NCBI GenBank assembly: GCA_964485195.1 | Contig: CAZAIK010000001.1 | Span: 124,001-188,000, forward strand | Origin: an uncultured Methanosarcinales archaeon | Lineage (GTDB): Archaea; Nanobdellota; Nanobdellia; Woesearchaeales; CAIVOO01 | Length of the DNA stretch: 64,000 nt | Direction of reading: 5' to 3' | Shown: positions 10,232-19,084 of the stretch, piece by piece | Numbering within the stretch: the first letter of the stretch is position 1 | How the letters are laid out: each line of letters begins with the position of its first letter | Notes under the pieces: model-generated | What the model saw: only the letters and a program-made list of their open reading frames with translations | What the model was told of the DNA's origin: nothing | Database searches by the model: none | Program-made: the position numbers and the translations under genes

Positions 10232-10732
10232 TCACCTCTTTTTTCTTTCCTTTGCCAGCCAGTTGTATGTCAGCCAGAATATGACGGAGAATATAAATGT
10301 TGCCAAAACAAGCCAGAAAATGCTGTACAGCCAAACTCCGGTAGTTCCAAAACTCATAGACCCCATCATTCCGTAGCCCATCGTGTTGTATGCCATATTA
10401 TTGCCACCTCCTTGCATCATCATTCCTCCCATCATCCCCATATTCCTGTAATATTCTCCGCAATAAAACCTTTTTGCCATGCTGATATGCGCCAGCCTGA
10501 GGCTTTCTGAGCCTTCGCCTCCCATCATCTCATCCATAAGCTCGTGGGCCTCTCCCGGATGCATCTGCTCCATGTAATAATCACCTATCATCTCCAGCTG
10601 TTCATCACTAAGTTCATTACAGCCAACTCCAGAGTCAATCAATTCCTTTGCCTCTGTAAAATTGTGGTCGTGGGCGTAGGCCGCTGTAATTAAAGCCAGG
10701 GCCAATATTAAAATCAAGAATATTTTTTTCAT
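10232..10732 (-). CDS. Exported Met/His-rich membrane-anchored protein
   Basis: Signal peptide, MEQMHPGEAHELMDEMMGG, MGMMGGMMM, C-terminal TM. Confidence 0.8.
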   Translation of the reverse strand: MKKIFLILILALALITAAYAHDHNFTEAKELIDSGVGCNELSDEQLEMIGDYYMEQMHPGEAHELMDEMMGGEGSESLRLAHISMAKRFYCGEYYRNMGMMGGMMMQGGGNNMAYNTMGYGMMGSMSFGTTGVWLYSIFWLVLATFIFSVIFWLTYNWLAKERKKR

Positions 10733-10733
10733 T

Positions 10734-11063
10734 TTACCTTCCTCCCTTTTTGGACTTTATTATTTTTATGCAATGGTTTGACATATGAGTATCTATAAGC
10801 GCCATTAAGGGAGCGATTGTTTTTTTGTTAATTGGGTATACCCTGAATTTTCCTTTTTTCTCGACATTCGCAAATCCGCAACTTTTAAGTCTTTTAAGAT
10901 TGTGAGAGGCCGATGTTTGCTCAAGTTTAAGCCCTTTTTGCAGTTCTGAAACTGTTTTCGGCCCTTTTCTCAGCGAATTTATTATGTTCAGCCTTGCCTT
11001 GCTTGTCAGGGTGCCAAAAAAAAGCTTGTATGCATCTTCCATATCCTTTTTTGAAACTTTCAT
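10734..11063 (-). CDS. ArsR/SmtB family transcriptional regulator
   Basis: ARLNII...TVSEL...SASHNLKRL wHTH; HMSNHC tail. Confidence 0.88.
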   Translation of the reverse strand: MKVSKKDMEDAYKLFFGTLTSKARLNIINSLRKGPKTVSELQKGLKLEQTSASHNLKRLKSCGFANVEKKGKFRVYPINKKTIAPLMALIDTHMSNHCIKIIKSKKGGR

Positions 11064-11094
11064 TTTACCTTTAATAAGCTATTAACGATATTTA

Positions 11095-11565
11095 CTATTT
11101 TTCATTCCACTTAAAAACTCTCCTGGAGATTTTTGGAATGCCTTCAATTATTATTTTAAAATCAGCAAGACCCTCTGATTTCAAGTCAAATATTAGCTCC
11201 CCGTATGCATGATGGCCTCTGAGTACTGGGGCGGAGAGGGGGGTTGCTGTCTTTCCATTATATTCAAGGGTTGTTATTTGTTTCAAGTCAAACTCGCTTA
11301 AGTCCACTGAATGAGTATTTACTGCCACATCCACAACAAGCTGGCCATTGTTGAAACTTTTGGGGGTCAGTCCTATTGAAACATCGCCGTTTCCTGTTGT
11401 TCCTGTTGCGATCTCCCTGAACCTGGCTGAATCTTCCTTATCATATGAAACATAACCTGTTCCTTTGTTAGCTGCGTTTCCATTGAAAAAAGTGAATGTG
11501 AAGATTAGCATAACAGCTATTGCTATTGCTATGGATGTGAGCAGTATTTTTTCCTTATTCTTCAT
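11095..11565 (-). CDS. Membrane-anchored protein with NTHSVDL and GHH motifs
   Basis: N-terminal TM, His motifs, copper-cluster context. Confidence 0.7.
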   Translation of the reverse strand: MKNKEKILLTSIAIAIAVMLIFTFTFFNGNAANKGTGYVSYDKEDSARFREIATGTTGNGDVSIGLTPKSFNNGQLVVDVAVNTHSVDLSEFDLKQITTLEYNGKTATPLSAPVLRGHHAYGELIFDLKSEGLADFKIIIEGIPKISRRVFKWNEK

Positions 11566-11566
11566 T

Positions 11567-12106
11567 TTACCTCCAGCCAATAACCCCTATCATTAAAAGC
11601 ACGGCTGCCACAGACACCGCTGCAGATGTTTTAAGGGCGAGATTAAAATTAAAATTTTTGATTTTCTGACCAAGCTGAGAGTGGGGTATTCGGCTGGTTA
11701 TTCTCAGCATCATCAAAGTCCCCATTATGCTTGAAAAAAACCCTGTCATAAGGAAAACTGTCTGATATTTGTTTATGAAAAAAGTAATTCCAGCAATTCC
11801 TATAAAAGGCAATACATCTGAAACGTGATGTGCGCAGCAGGCAGCCATGGAGCTGGCTGAAACACTTCCTGATGCTGCCACCCCTGCAACTGTCGCACTC
11901 TTATGCATCTGCCTCACATGCGAGAAGAGGCCTATTTGAAGCCCGAATCCCGCTGAAAGAGGGATCATCCAGTACCACAGCCTGAAAAATTCATCCAACG
12001 CGTGGTCAAAAGAGTTTAACAGAGTTAGCAAGATTAGGAAAGCAGCCATAAGGATAACTGTTCCCACTACTCCCCACGTTATTGGTTTTTTGGGAATTTT
12101 CGTCAT
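11567..12106 (-). CDS. Multi-pass membrane protein with ACCAHH motif
   Basis: About five TM segments, SMAACCAHH. Confidence 0.75.
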   Translation of the reverse strand: MTKIPKKPITWGVVGTVILMAAFLILLTLLNSFDHALDEFFRLWYWMIPLSAGFGLQIGLFSHVRQMHKSATVAGVAASGSVSASSMAACCAHHVSDVLPFIGIAGITFFINKYQTVFLMTGFFSSIMGTLMMLRITSRIPHSQLGQKIKNFNFNLALKTSAAVSVAAVLLMIGVIGWR

Positions 12107-12107
12107 T

Positions 12108-12272
12108 TTAATGGCAACAGCTTGGCTTTTGTTTTTTGGCCTGCTTTACTGTTTCCTCATATTTTTTAAGGCAATTGTCTGAGCAGAACCATTTTCCGTA
12201 TTTCAGACAGCCCTTTCTCTTTTCCTGCTTCATTCCGCATATCGGGTCTGTTTTCCTGAAAAGTTTTAACAT
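12108..12272 (-). CDS. YHS/TRASH-domain metal-binding protein (54 aa, absent from ORF track)
   Basis: Own translation: MLKLFRKTDPICGMKQEKRKGCLKYGKWFCSDNCLKKYEETVKQAKKQKPSCCH; GGGTGA RBS upstream. Confidence 0.85.
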   Translation of the reverse strand: MLKLFRKTDPICGMKQEKRKGCLKYGKWFCSDNCLKKYEETVKQAKKQKPSCCH

Positions 12273-12332
12273 CCTTTTTCACCCATAAATGTTTATTAAG
12301 TACATATGTGAACAAATAACATATATTTATTT

Positions 12333-12929
12333 TTATGAATTTTTGATTCTCAATGCAACTATATTGCCCTGCTTGAACAGCAGGTAGTCCTCAATTTCAA
12401 GCCCGCTCCTGATAAGCATATTCTCCAGCCCCCCTGAATATGAATAATTCGTAAAATTCTCCCTGTTAGTGAGGAATTCCGCGCTCTTGGCAATAAGCCC
12501 AAACAAATTCTTTTTTAGGGGGATGTCAAAATCGGTAATAATCAGAACCCCTTCTTTCTTTATTACCCGCCTCATCTCAGCCAAGACTTTCGGCCTTAGC
12601 CTGCCGGGCATCTCGTGAAAACCAAGACTGATGGAAGAGCAGTAGAATGAATCATTTTTAAATGGCAATTTTGTTGCATCTGCAACCTCAAAACTTAAGT
12701 TCTTTTGCTTTTTCTTGGTTGCCACCTTAACCATTGAGGGGTCCGAGTCTATTCCCGTTACAATAGCTCCTTTCCTTGCAAAAATAGCTGCTTGCACTCC
12801 AGTGCCGCAGGCTACGTCCAATATTCTCTGCCCTTTGATGTCCCCCAAAGATTCCGCAATCATTTCCCTCTCTTTTTTCAACAAAGGATCTACAAAGATT
12901 TCGTACAGTCTTGAAATTATCCAGCTCAT
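12333..12929 (-). CDS. Class I SAM-dependent methyltransferase (UbiE-like)
   Basis: ILDVACGTG, ADATKLPF, EMRRVIKKEG. Confidence 0.85.
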   Translation of the reverse strand: MSWIISRLYEIFVDPLLKKEREMIAESLGDIKGQRILDVACGTGVQAAIFARKGAIVTGIDSDPSMVKVATKKKQKNLSFEVADATKLPFKNDSFYCSSISLGFHEMPGRLRPKVLAEMRRVIKKEGVLIITDFDIPLKKNLFGLIAKSAEFLTNRENFTNYSYSGGLENMLIRSGLEIEDYLLFKQGNIVALRIKNS

Positions 12930-12931
12930 TT

Positions 12932-13399
12932 TTACCCGCACAATGTCTCCTGGCATTCGCAAACTCCCTCGCAGGCCTTAAAAACAGGGGCTTCACATCC
13001 AACATCCTCGCAGGCGCATCCCTTCTCAGCGCATTTTTCACTGCCGCAGGTTAATTCGCCCGGATTGAAAATGCACTCTGTGGAGTGAGGGTCGCAACTT
13101 CCATATGCTGATAGGTTGTAAATGCCAATCCCTGAATATACCATACTTGCAACTAAAATAACAGTAAAGGTCCAGGAGAAAATTTCAAAATTCTTGTAAA
13201 CAAACCTCGCAGTGCCAGGACTTCTTTTCATAAACAAGCCCGTTAATTTGCTCTTTAGCTTTTTGTCCATGCCGGGCCTGCATTTTCTTAATGTTACTCT
13301 CCTGAAAACGCAGTCAAAGGATTCTTTTGCCAACTGCCTGTGGCTCGCGCTAAAGATTCCCATAACTCCGAAAACTATCAGCGCGATTATGCATATCAT
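12932..13399 (-). CDS. Membrane protein with Cys-rich C-terminal tail
   Basis: Two TM segments, CVFRRVTLRKC, many C-terminal Cys. Confidence 0.7.
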   Translation of the reverse strand: MICIIALIVFGVMGIFSASHRQLAKESFDCVFRRVTLRKCRPGMDKKLKSKLTGLFMKRSPGTARFVYKNFEIFSWTFTVILVASMVYSGIGIYNLSAYGSCDPHSTECIFNPGELTCGSEKCAEKGCACEDVGCEAPVFKACEGVCECQETLCG

Positions 13400-13426
13400 T
13401 TTTCAAAAAAAATAAAAAAATATTTG

Positions 13427-13633
13427 TCAGCAGCCTCCCACCATTGAAGGGTATGAATTCTGTGTTGAAGGAGCCACTCCTCCTCCCTCATAACCTGAAG
13501 ATGGGGCCTGCTGGCCTGAATAACTGTCCTGCTTTATTTCTGCTCTCGCAGAGCCTATCTGGAATATCTGCACCACAGATATTAACAGCAGGGCAGCTAT
13601 TACTATCCCTATTATAAGTTTTGTCTTTTCCAT
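13427..13633 (-). CDS. Small membrane-anchored protein ending MVGGC
   Basis: N-terminal TM, low-complexity linker, terminal MVGGC. Confidence 0.75.
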   Translation of the reverse strand: MEKTKLIIGIVIAALLLISVVQIFQIGSARAEIKQDSYSGQQAPSSGYEGGGVAPSTQNSYPSMVGGC

Positions 13634-13635
13634 TT

Positions 13636-14295
13636 TCAGCAACCTCCTACCATTCCGCCGCCAGCGCCTTGCTCAGCTCCCCTGTACTTGTTGGAAGCAA
13701 GGTTTATGTAGTTCAGCTCTACTCCCTGACTTTCCAAAACTCCGGCTTTCTGCGTAATCTGATTGGGGAAGAACAGGGTTTTCCATTTTCCCAGCTCTTC
13801 CAGTATTTCCTCATCAGTGTATTCCGAGTTATGCTCTGTTATGAGGTATTTTGCAAGTCCTCTCATTGCATAGCTGTGTGCGCATCCGCAGGCCGGCTGT
13901 CCGTTTGAGAATATTATTGACTCAGCTCCGCAGCAGTATTCACAGGATATTTTTGAAACCACGGAGATGTATCTTTGCAAATCCTCTCCTTCTAACTGGA
14001 TGTCAAGGTCCAGCTGGGCAAGTTTCCTTATGGTAATGTCTGCCAGCCTCCGATTCTCAGGGGAAACGTCGTCAAAGCTGATCCCGAGCTCTTCTCCGTA
14101 TATTTCAGGCACCCCTTTAGGTATCACTCCTCCTGAAAAGGAAGCTGTTGAAGGTGCTGAAGCTACAGCATTCCCATTGTTTTTTATGTCATCTGAAAGC
14201 TTGAACATTTGATACTGGTTTATCAAGACTATCAGGACCAGCACTGCCAGTGCTGCATACCATAAACCATAATTTTTCTTTTTTTGCTTGGCCAT
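13636..14295 (-). CDS. Membrane-anchored Cys-motif protein ending MVGGC
   Basis: SCEYCCG and ACGCAHS motifs, terminal MVGGC; GGAGGT RBS. Confidence 0.8.
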   Translation of the reverse strand: MAKQKKKNYGLWYAALAVLVLIVLINQYQMFKLSDDIKNNGNAVASAPSTASFSGGVIPKGVPEIYGEELGISFDDVSPENRRLADITIRKLAQLDLDIQLEGEDLQRYISVVSKISCEYCCGAESIIFSNGQPACGCAHSYAMRGLAKYLITEHNSEYTDEEILEELGKWKTLFFPNQITQKAGVLESQGVELNYINLASNKYRGAEQGAGGGMVGGC

Positions 14296-14493
14296 TCTTT
14301 AACCTCCATAAATCTTTGGAAAAAGGAAAAACCTGTTTTGATATATTTTTAATTCCCGAAACAATGAATTAGTTTAGCCTTATTTGCTTGTTTTAAGCCT
14401 GAAAAATAGCTTAAATTGTTTACAAAAGGTTAAAAATAGGCTCTAGAAACTTTAAATGACTAAATAAACTAATAAACCACAACAAATACCAAA

Positions 14494-15006
14494 TCAGCCT
14501 TTTTTAAGGTAAATATGGTTAATCTTGCCTTTTGGCACTTTTTTAAGGAAACCCTTCTTCTCAAGGTTTTTTAGGACCAAGCTAAGTTTTGTCTTTCCCA
14601 AGTCTGTCCTGATCTTTAGCGTGGACTGTGATATTCCATCCTGTTCTTTTATAGCTCTCATCACCTTTTTCTCGTCCTCCTCAAGGCCGGAAAGCATCAA
14701 CTCAAACCTTTCCTTCTCCTCTTCCTCACTTTCCTTCTCGCTAATTCTGCTAAGCTCTTTCTCTTCAACTTTTCCATAATAAAATATGAAGAATAGGCCT
14801 GTTACGAACACAGCAGCTATTAATGCCGAGAAAATTATGAAATAGGTGTAAGGGTTTTCCTCGTGATAGGGGCAGGGCTTGCCCTCTATGATTGCAGGGC
14901 AGGTTTCCTTCCCCGCTTCCTGTATCTGCAGCTGGAATGTAAGCAATAAGGTAAGCAGGGCTATGCCCACAAGCACCAGAATAAGCCCTATGTTTTTGAT
15001 TCTCAT
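14494..15006 (-). CDS. Membrane-bound winged-HTH (MarR-like) regulator
   Basis: Two TMs around a CP...CPYH loop, C-terminal GISQSTL...KLSLVLKNLEKKG. Confidence 0.8.
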   Translation of the reverse strand: MRIKNIGLILVLVGIALLTLLLTFQLQIQEAGKETCPAIIEGKPCPYHEENPYTYFIIFSALIAAVFVTGLFFIFYYGKVEEKELSRISEKESEEEEKERFELMLSGLEEDEKKVMRAIKEQDGISQSTLKIRTDLGKTKLSLVLKNLEKKGFLKKVPKGKINHIYLKKG

Positions 15007-15097
15007 ACTTCCTTCCTGGAAATGTCCATTTAAAAAGCTTATGAAACAAGCGCCGTATTGAACACTACTTCTTAATTTAATATAGTTGCTATGCCTG

Positions 15098-15230
15098 GCT
15101 TTTTTATGCGCGTCGTTCAGCCAACAGTCCACTCCCCACTGGACAGGTGGTGTCACGGGTTATTTAAACTGCCTTCTCTCCTGAGAAGACACTCCACCAA
15201 CAAAAGTTGGCTGAAATAAGACGCGAAAGC
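15098..15230. ncRNA. Candidate multi-stem structured RNA/ssDNA element upstream of the ssDNA-binding gene and radA
   Basis: Nested complementary segments CGCGTC/GACGCG, TTCAGCCAAC/GTTGGCTGAA, GTCCA/TGGAC, GGTGG/CCACC, GTGTC/GACAC, TTCTC/GAGAA. Confidence 0.55.
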
Positions 15231-15244
15231 AAGGAGGTAAAAAA

Positions 15245-15496
15245 ATGAGCGAGAAAAACAAGCCGGAAAAGAAGTTCAGGGCAGGGGCTGTGACTGCCGC
15301 AATCTGGAAAAACCAGACAGAGGATGGGAAGGAGTACAGCACAGTCTCCTTTGAGAGGAGCTACAAGGACAAGGAGGGGGAATGGCAGACTACCAACTCT
15401 CTCAGGGTTAATGACCTGCCCCGGGCAGCAATGGTGCTTAACAAGGCATACGAATTCCTTTCAGTGAAGGAATCCGGGGCAGAGGAGGTTGCTTAA
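15245..15496 (+). CDS. Small putative ssDNA-binding protein (PC4/SpoVG-like)
   Basis: PEKKFRAGAVTAAIW, RSYKDKEGEWQTTNS; AGGAGGT RBS. Confidence 0.7.
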   Translation: MSEKNKPEKKFRAGAVTAAIWKNQTEDGKEYSTVSFERSYKDKEGEWQTTNSLRVNDLPRAAMVLNKAYEFLSVKESGAEEVA

Positions 15497-15509
15497 GCCT
15501 CCTTTTTTT
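15483..15509 (+). terminator. Hairpin plus T-tract after the ssDNA-binding gene
   Basis: AGGAGG...CCTCCT followed by a T run. Confidence 0.45.
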
Positions 15510-15534
15510 ACAAAACTATAAAAAGGTGATAAAT

Positions 15535-16560
15535 ATGAAAAAAAACGAGGTAATTATGGATGAGATAGAGCTTGCAGAAGAAGAAGCTGAAAAAGACGTG
15601 GTGGAGATGGTTCCTGTTTCTAACAAAAAATCAGAGGCGATTACAGACCTTCCCGGAGTTGGTGCAGCAACAGCTGAAAAGCTTATTGCAGCAGGATTTG
15701 ACAACCTGATGTCTGTAGCGGTTTCATCTCCAGGCCAGCTGGTTGAAGCATCAGGTGTTTCTGAGTCAGTTGCAAGGAAGATGATACAGGCAGCAAGGGA
15801 CACTCTTGAGATGGGTTTTGAATCAGGCGAGGATGTCCTTAAAAGAAGGGAAAGGGTGAAGAAGATACCCACAGGGAGCAAGGCTTTTGACACCTTATTG
15901 GGAGGAGGTTTTGAAACAGGCTCCATAACAGAATGCTTCGGAGAATACGGCTCAGGAAAAACGCAGATGAGCCACATACTGGCGGTGAATGCCCAGAAAG
16001 ACGACCCTGACCCATCAATAATTTACATAGACACTGAGAACACTTTCAGGCCTGAAAGAATAAGACAGCTGGCAGAGGGTGCAAAGCTGGACCCGGAAAA
16101 GGTTCTCAGGAACATAAAAGTTGCAAGGGCATATAACTCAGACCACCAGATGCTGCTGGTAGAAAAAGTGGAGGAGCTGATAAAAAAAGACAGCCTAAAG
16201 GTAAAGGCCATAATAGTGGATTCATTAACTGCTCATTTCAGGGCGGAATTTATTGGCAGGGGAACCCTGGCTGAAAGGCAGCAGAAGATTAACAAGCATA
16301 TGCACACCCTGCTGAGGCTGGCTGACACCTATAATGTCTCAGTTTATGTAACAAACCAGGTAATGGCCAAGCCTGACATGTTCTTCGGAGACCCCACCCA
16401 GGCAATAGGAGGTCACATAGTTGCGCACGCTTCCACATTCAGGATTTACCTGAGAAAGGGAAAGAAGGGAAGCAGGGTTGCAAAACTGGTAGACTCTCCA
16501 AGCCTGCCTGAAAGCGAAGCCTGCTTTATGGTGACACAAGAGGGGTTGAAGGACATTTAA
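15535..16560 (+). CDS. radA: DNA repair and recombination protein RadA
   Basis: HhH DLPGVG, Walker A GEYGSGKTQ, IDTENTFRPER, VDSLTAHFRAE. Confidence 0.97.
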   Translation: MKKNEVIMDEIELAEEEAEKDVVEMVPVSNKKSEAITDLPGVGAATAEKLIAAGFDNLMSVAVSSPGQLVEASGVSESVARKMIQAARDTLEMGFESGEDVLKRRERVKKIPTGSKAFDTLLGGGFETGSITECFGEYGSGKTQMSHILAVNAQKDDPDPSIIYIDTENTFRPERIRQLAEGAKLDPEKVLRNIKVARAYNSDHQMLLVEKVEELIKKDSLKVKAIIVDSLTAHFRAEFIGRGTLAERQQKINKHMHTLLRLADTYNVSVYVTNQVMAKPDMFFGDPTQAIGGHIVAHASTFRIYLRKGKKGSRVAKLVDSPSLPESEACFMVTQEGLKDI

Positions 16561-16580
16561 TTTTTTATTTTTATTTTAAA

Positions 16581-16916
16581 ATGGGTTTTAAGCAGAAAGA
16601 CATAGTTTTATTCCCATTCCCCTTCTCTAATTTAGAACAAGAAAAGGTAAGGCCTGCCATAATAATTTCAAATAATAAGTTTAACAATAATTCATTAGAC
16701 CGCATTATGGTTCCTTTAACCAGCGTATTAAAAAAGAAGCCTTATTCTGCTTCAGTATTGCAAGAAGATTTAATATCTGGAAGGCTCGTGACTAAAAGCA
16801 TAATAAGAGCAGATAAAATATTTTCTCTTGAGAAGGATTTGATAAAAGTGAGAATAGGGGTTATTAGCAATAAGAAATTTAAAGAAATAATAGAGAAAAT
16901 AAAGAGAATGTTTTAA
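16581..16916 (+). CDS. PemK/MazF family toxin
   Basis: DIVLFPFPFSNL..KVRPAIIIS, VPLTS. Confidence 0.88.
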   Translation: MGFKQKDIVLFPFPFSNLEQEKVRPAIIISNNKFNNNSLDRIMVPLTSVLKKKPYSASVLQEDLISGRLVTKSIIRADKIFSLEKDLIKVRIGVISNKKFKEIIEKIKRMF

Positions 16917-17173
16917 TTTTCAATGTACCTGTTCCAAATCTCATCCTTTTTGTTATCCCATAATTTTTTTAATGATTTTTCACTTGCCTTTTTAATATCT
17001 ATAAAGTCATCCTTAATTTTTGATTCAACCTTATCGCTTTTCTCCATAAGAATCTTATCATCTGCCTGGAATAGAACCAGAGTATCCCCTTTATTTAATC
17101 CCAGCTTCACCCTTATTGAATGGGGGATTGCTATCTGCCCTTTTTCAGATATCCTAACAGTTGTTAGCGCCAA
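16913..17173 (-). CDS. AbrB/MazE/SpoVT family antitoxin-like protein (TTG start)
   Basis: ISEKGQIAIP..IR.KLGL..GD; SEKSLKKLWDN tail. Confidence 0.82.
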   Translation of the reverse strand: MALTTVRISEKGQIAIPHSIRVKLGLNKGDTLVLFQADDKILMEKSDKVESKIKDDFIDIKKASEKSLKKLWDNKKDEIWNRYIEN

Positions 17174-17233
17174 AACGAATAGTAAGAATTTTCTTACTTA
17201 TAAATGTTTTGGTTTTCCAAAATAAGAATCCGG

Positions 17234-17785
17234 TCAAAGGCCGAAACCAGCAATATTGGTTTCCCCTGTTGCCACTCCCTGCTTAAAAGCTTCATCCATC
17301 CCTTTTCTTCTTGCTCTTCTCTTATCTTCATCCTGCTTTTCATAACCTGCAAGAATTCCTTCAACCCTTTCAATCAAATCCTTTTCTTCAGCAGCGTTCC
17401 CAAACAAAACTTGATGGAGTTTTGCATTAAGGTTAGGGGTTGCTGTCCATATTTCACCAACTCTCTCAAGGTTATAGCCTTTTACCTCTGTTTCCGGAAG
17501 CTGGCAGTTCCTATAAATGATGATTCCTCCTGAAAAAAATCTTTCTCTTGTTGGTTTTATTCCTTTATCCAGGTTTGCTCTTTCTATGTCTGCGAGATAC
17601 CTTGCTGCAGATGCAATGATTTTGTAAGGTCCAATCGCTGTGTCTATTCCTTCTATTCCTTAGTGTTCTATTAGGTTTGTGCTTCTTCTATAAACTGTTG
17701 CAAACGGAGGAGTTTCCCAATGAAAGATATCCCCTTGGTTTAAGAATATTGGCTCTGATTTGTTTTCAGTATTCTCTTCTGCCAT
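17234..17785 (-). pseudogene. Hypothetical 183-codon frame interrupted by one in-frame TAA (17660-17662)
   Basis: ATG at 17785; frame continues 141 codons past the TAA to TGA at 17234; fills an otherwise empty gap. Confidence 0.6.
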
Positions 17786-17839
17786 AGTAAAACATGCATA
17801 AAAACAATATTTAAATATTGCTATATACTACTAATAAAA

Positions 17840-18364
17840 ATGAGATTATTTGTAGCGCTAAATTTCAATGAACTCAAAGATTATTTTTTTGAATTGCAAA
17901 AGCAGATTCCTGAAAAAGATGCCAAGCTTACCTTTCCAAAAGACTTTCATCTCACGCTCAAATTTCTTGGGGAAGTGAATGAAGACAGGATTGATGAAAT
18001 AAAGCAAAAATTAGGTGAAATAAATGTTGAGCCTTTTGAAACAGAAATTGATGGTATTGGATTTTTCAATGAGAATTTTCTGAGAAATGTGTGGGTAAAG
18101 GCAGATTCAGGAAACTTGTATGAACTGCAGAAAAAGATTGACCAGGCATTGCCGGAATTCAAGAACAGCAACAGGTTTCAGGCCCACATAACCCTTTCAA
18201 GGGTGAAATGGTGCAAAAACAAGAAAGAATTTGTTGAAAAGGTGAGGCAGATAAAAACAGAGGAAAAGAAAGTGAGAATTTCCGGTTTTGAGCTGGTCAA
18301 GAGCACACTAGCCCCTGAAGGGCCTGTTTATGAGGTCTTGGAGCGTTTTCCAAAAGCTTTATAA
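17840..18364 (+). CDS. thpR: RNA 2',3'-cyclic phosphodiesterase (2H family)
   Basis: MRLFVAL, HLTLKFLGE, HITLSR. Confidence 0.93.
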   Translation: MRLFVALNFNELKDYFFELQKQIPEKDAKLTFPKDFHLTLKFLGEVNEDRIDEIKQKLGEINVEPFETEIDGIGFFNENFLRNVWVKADSGNLYELQKKIDQALPEFKNSNRFQAHITLSRVKWCKNKKEFVEKVRQIKTEEKKVRISGFELVKSTLAPEGPVYEVLERFPKAL

Positions 18365-18481
18365 ACAACCCTCCTCCTCAATTTTTCATTACCGACTATT
18401 CCGGCTTCACGGTTGGGATTAACGCTTGCTGAGGTGATAAAAAACGCAAGTTCCTTCTAAGGGATTTGCTTTTGTGAAAAA

Positions 18482-19084
18482 ATGGCTGAGAAACAAGAGT
18501 TATTGGTGACAACGGACCAGTATTCCAAGGCTGGAATACACATAGGCACCAAGTTCAAGACAAAGCACATGGCTGACTTCATCTACAAGATAAGGCCTGA
18601 CGGCTTGGTCATAATGAACCTGGAAAAGATAGATGAAAGACTGAAAATAGCTACAGATATGATGGCAAGACATTCCCCTGAAGAGATAGTGGTTGTTGGC
18701 AAAAGAGAAAATGCCTGGAGACCTTTGAAACTCTTCAGCAAGCTTACAGGAATAACAGTCTTCGCAGGTAGATACGCTCCGGGAACCTTAACAAACCTTG
18801 ATTTTGCGTATTTCAAGGAATTCAAGCTCATGATAGTTGTGGATGCCTGGCTTGACAAGAACGCTGTGGAAGACGCCAAAAAAGCAGGAATTCCTATCAT
18901 CGCGCTTTGCGACACTAACAACACAGCATCTGATGTTGACCTTGTTGTGCCGTGCAACAACAAGGGAAGGAAGGCCTTGGGGCTGACATTCTGGCTCTTG
19001 GCAAGGGAATACCTTCAAAAAAAGGATTTGCTGCAAAAAGGTGTTGAGCCGGACATTTCCCTGGAAGAATTTTTCGAGGACTAG
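18482..19084 (+). CDS. rps2: 30S ribosomal protein S2 (uS2)
   Basis: GIHIGTK, GRYAPGTLTN, ALCDTNN, PCNNKGRKAL. Confidence 0.96.
   Translation: MAEKQELLVTTDQYSKAGIHIGTKFKTKHMADFIYKIRPDGLVIMNLEKIDERLKIATDMMARHSPEEIVVVGKRENAWRPLKLFSKLTGITVFAGRYAPGTLTNLDFAYFKEFKLMIVVDAWLDKNAVEDAKKAGIPIIALCDTNNTASDVDLVVPCNNKGRKALGLTFWLLAREYLQKKDLLQKGVEPDISLEEFFED

Noticed and set aside
13427..13640. Selenocysteine read-through at the two GGC-TGA ends
   Set aside because: Downstream frames are short and dissimilar, and no SECIS-like element is evident
15007..15156. N-terminal extension of the membrane wHTH regulator in the ORF track
   Set aside because: Better ATG at 15006 with a purine-rich RBS; extension crosses the structured element
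15098..15230. SRP RNA or RNase P RNA identity
   Set aside because: Too short and lacks their conserved motifs
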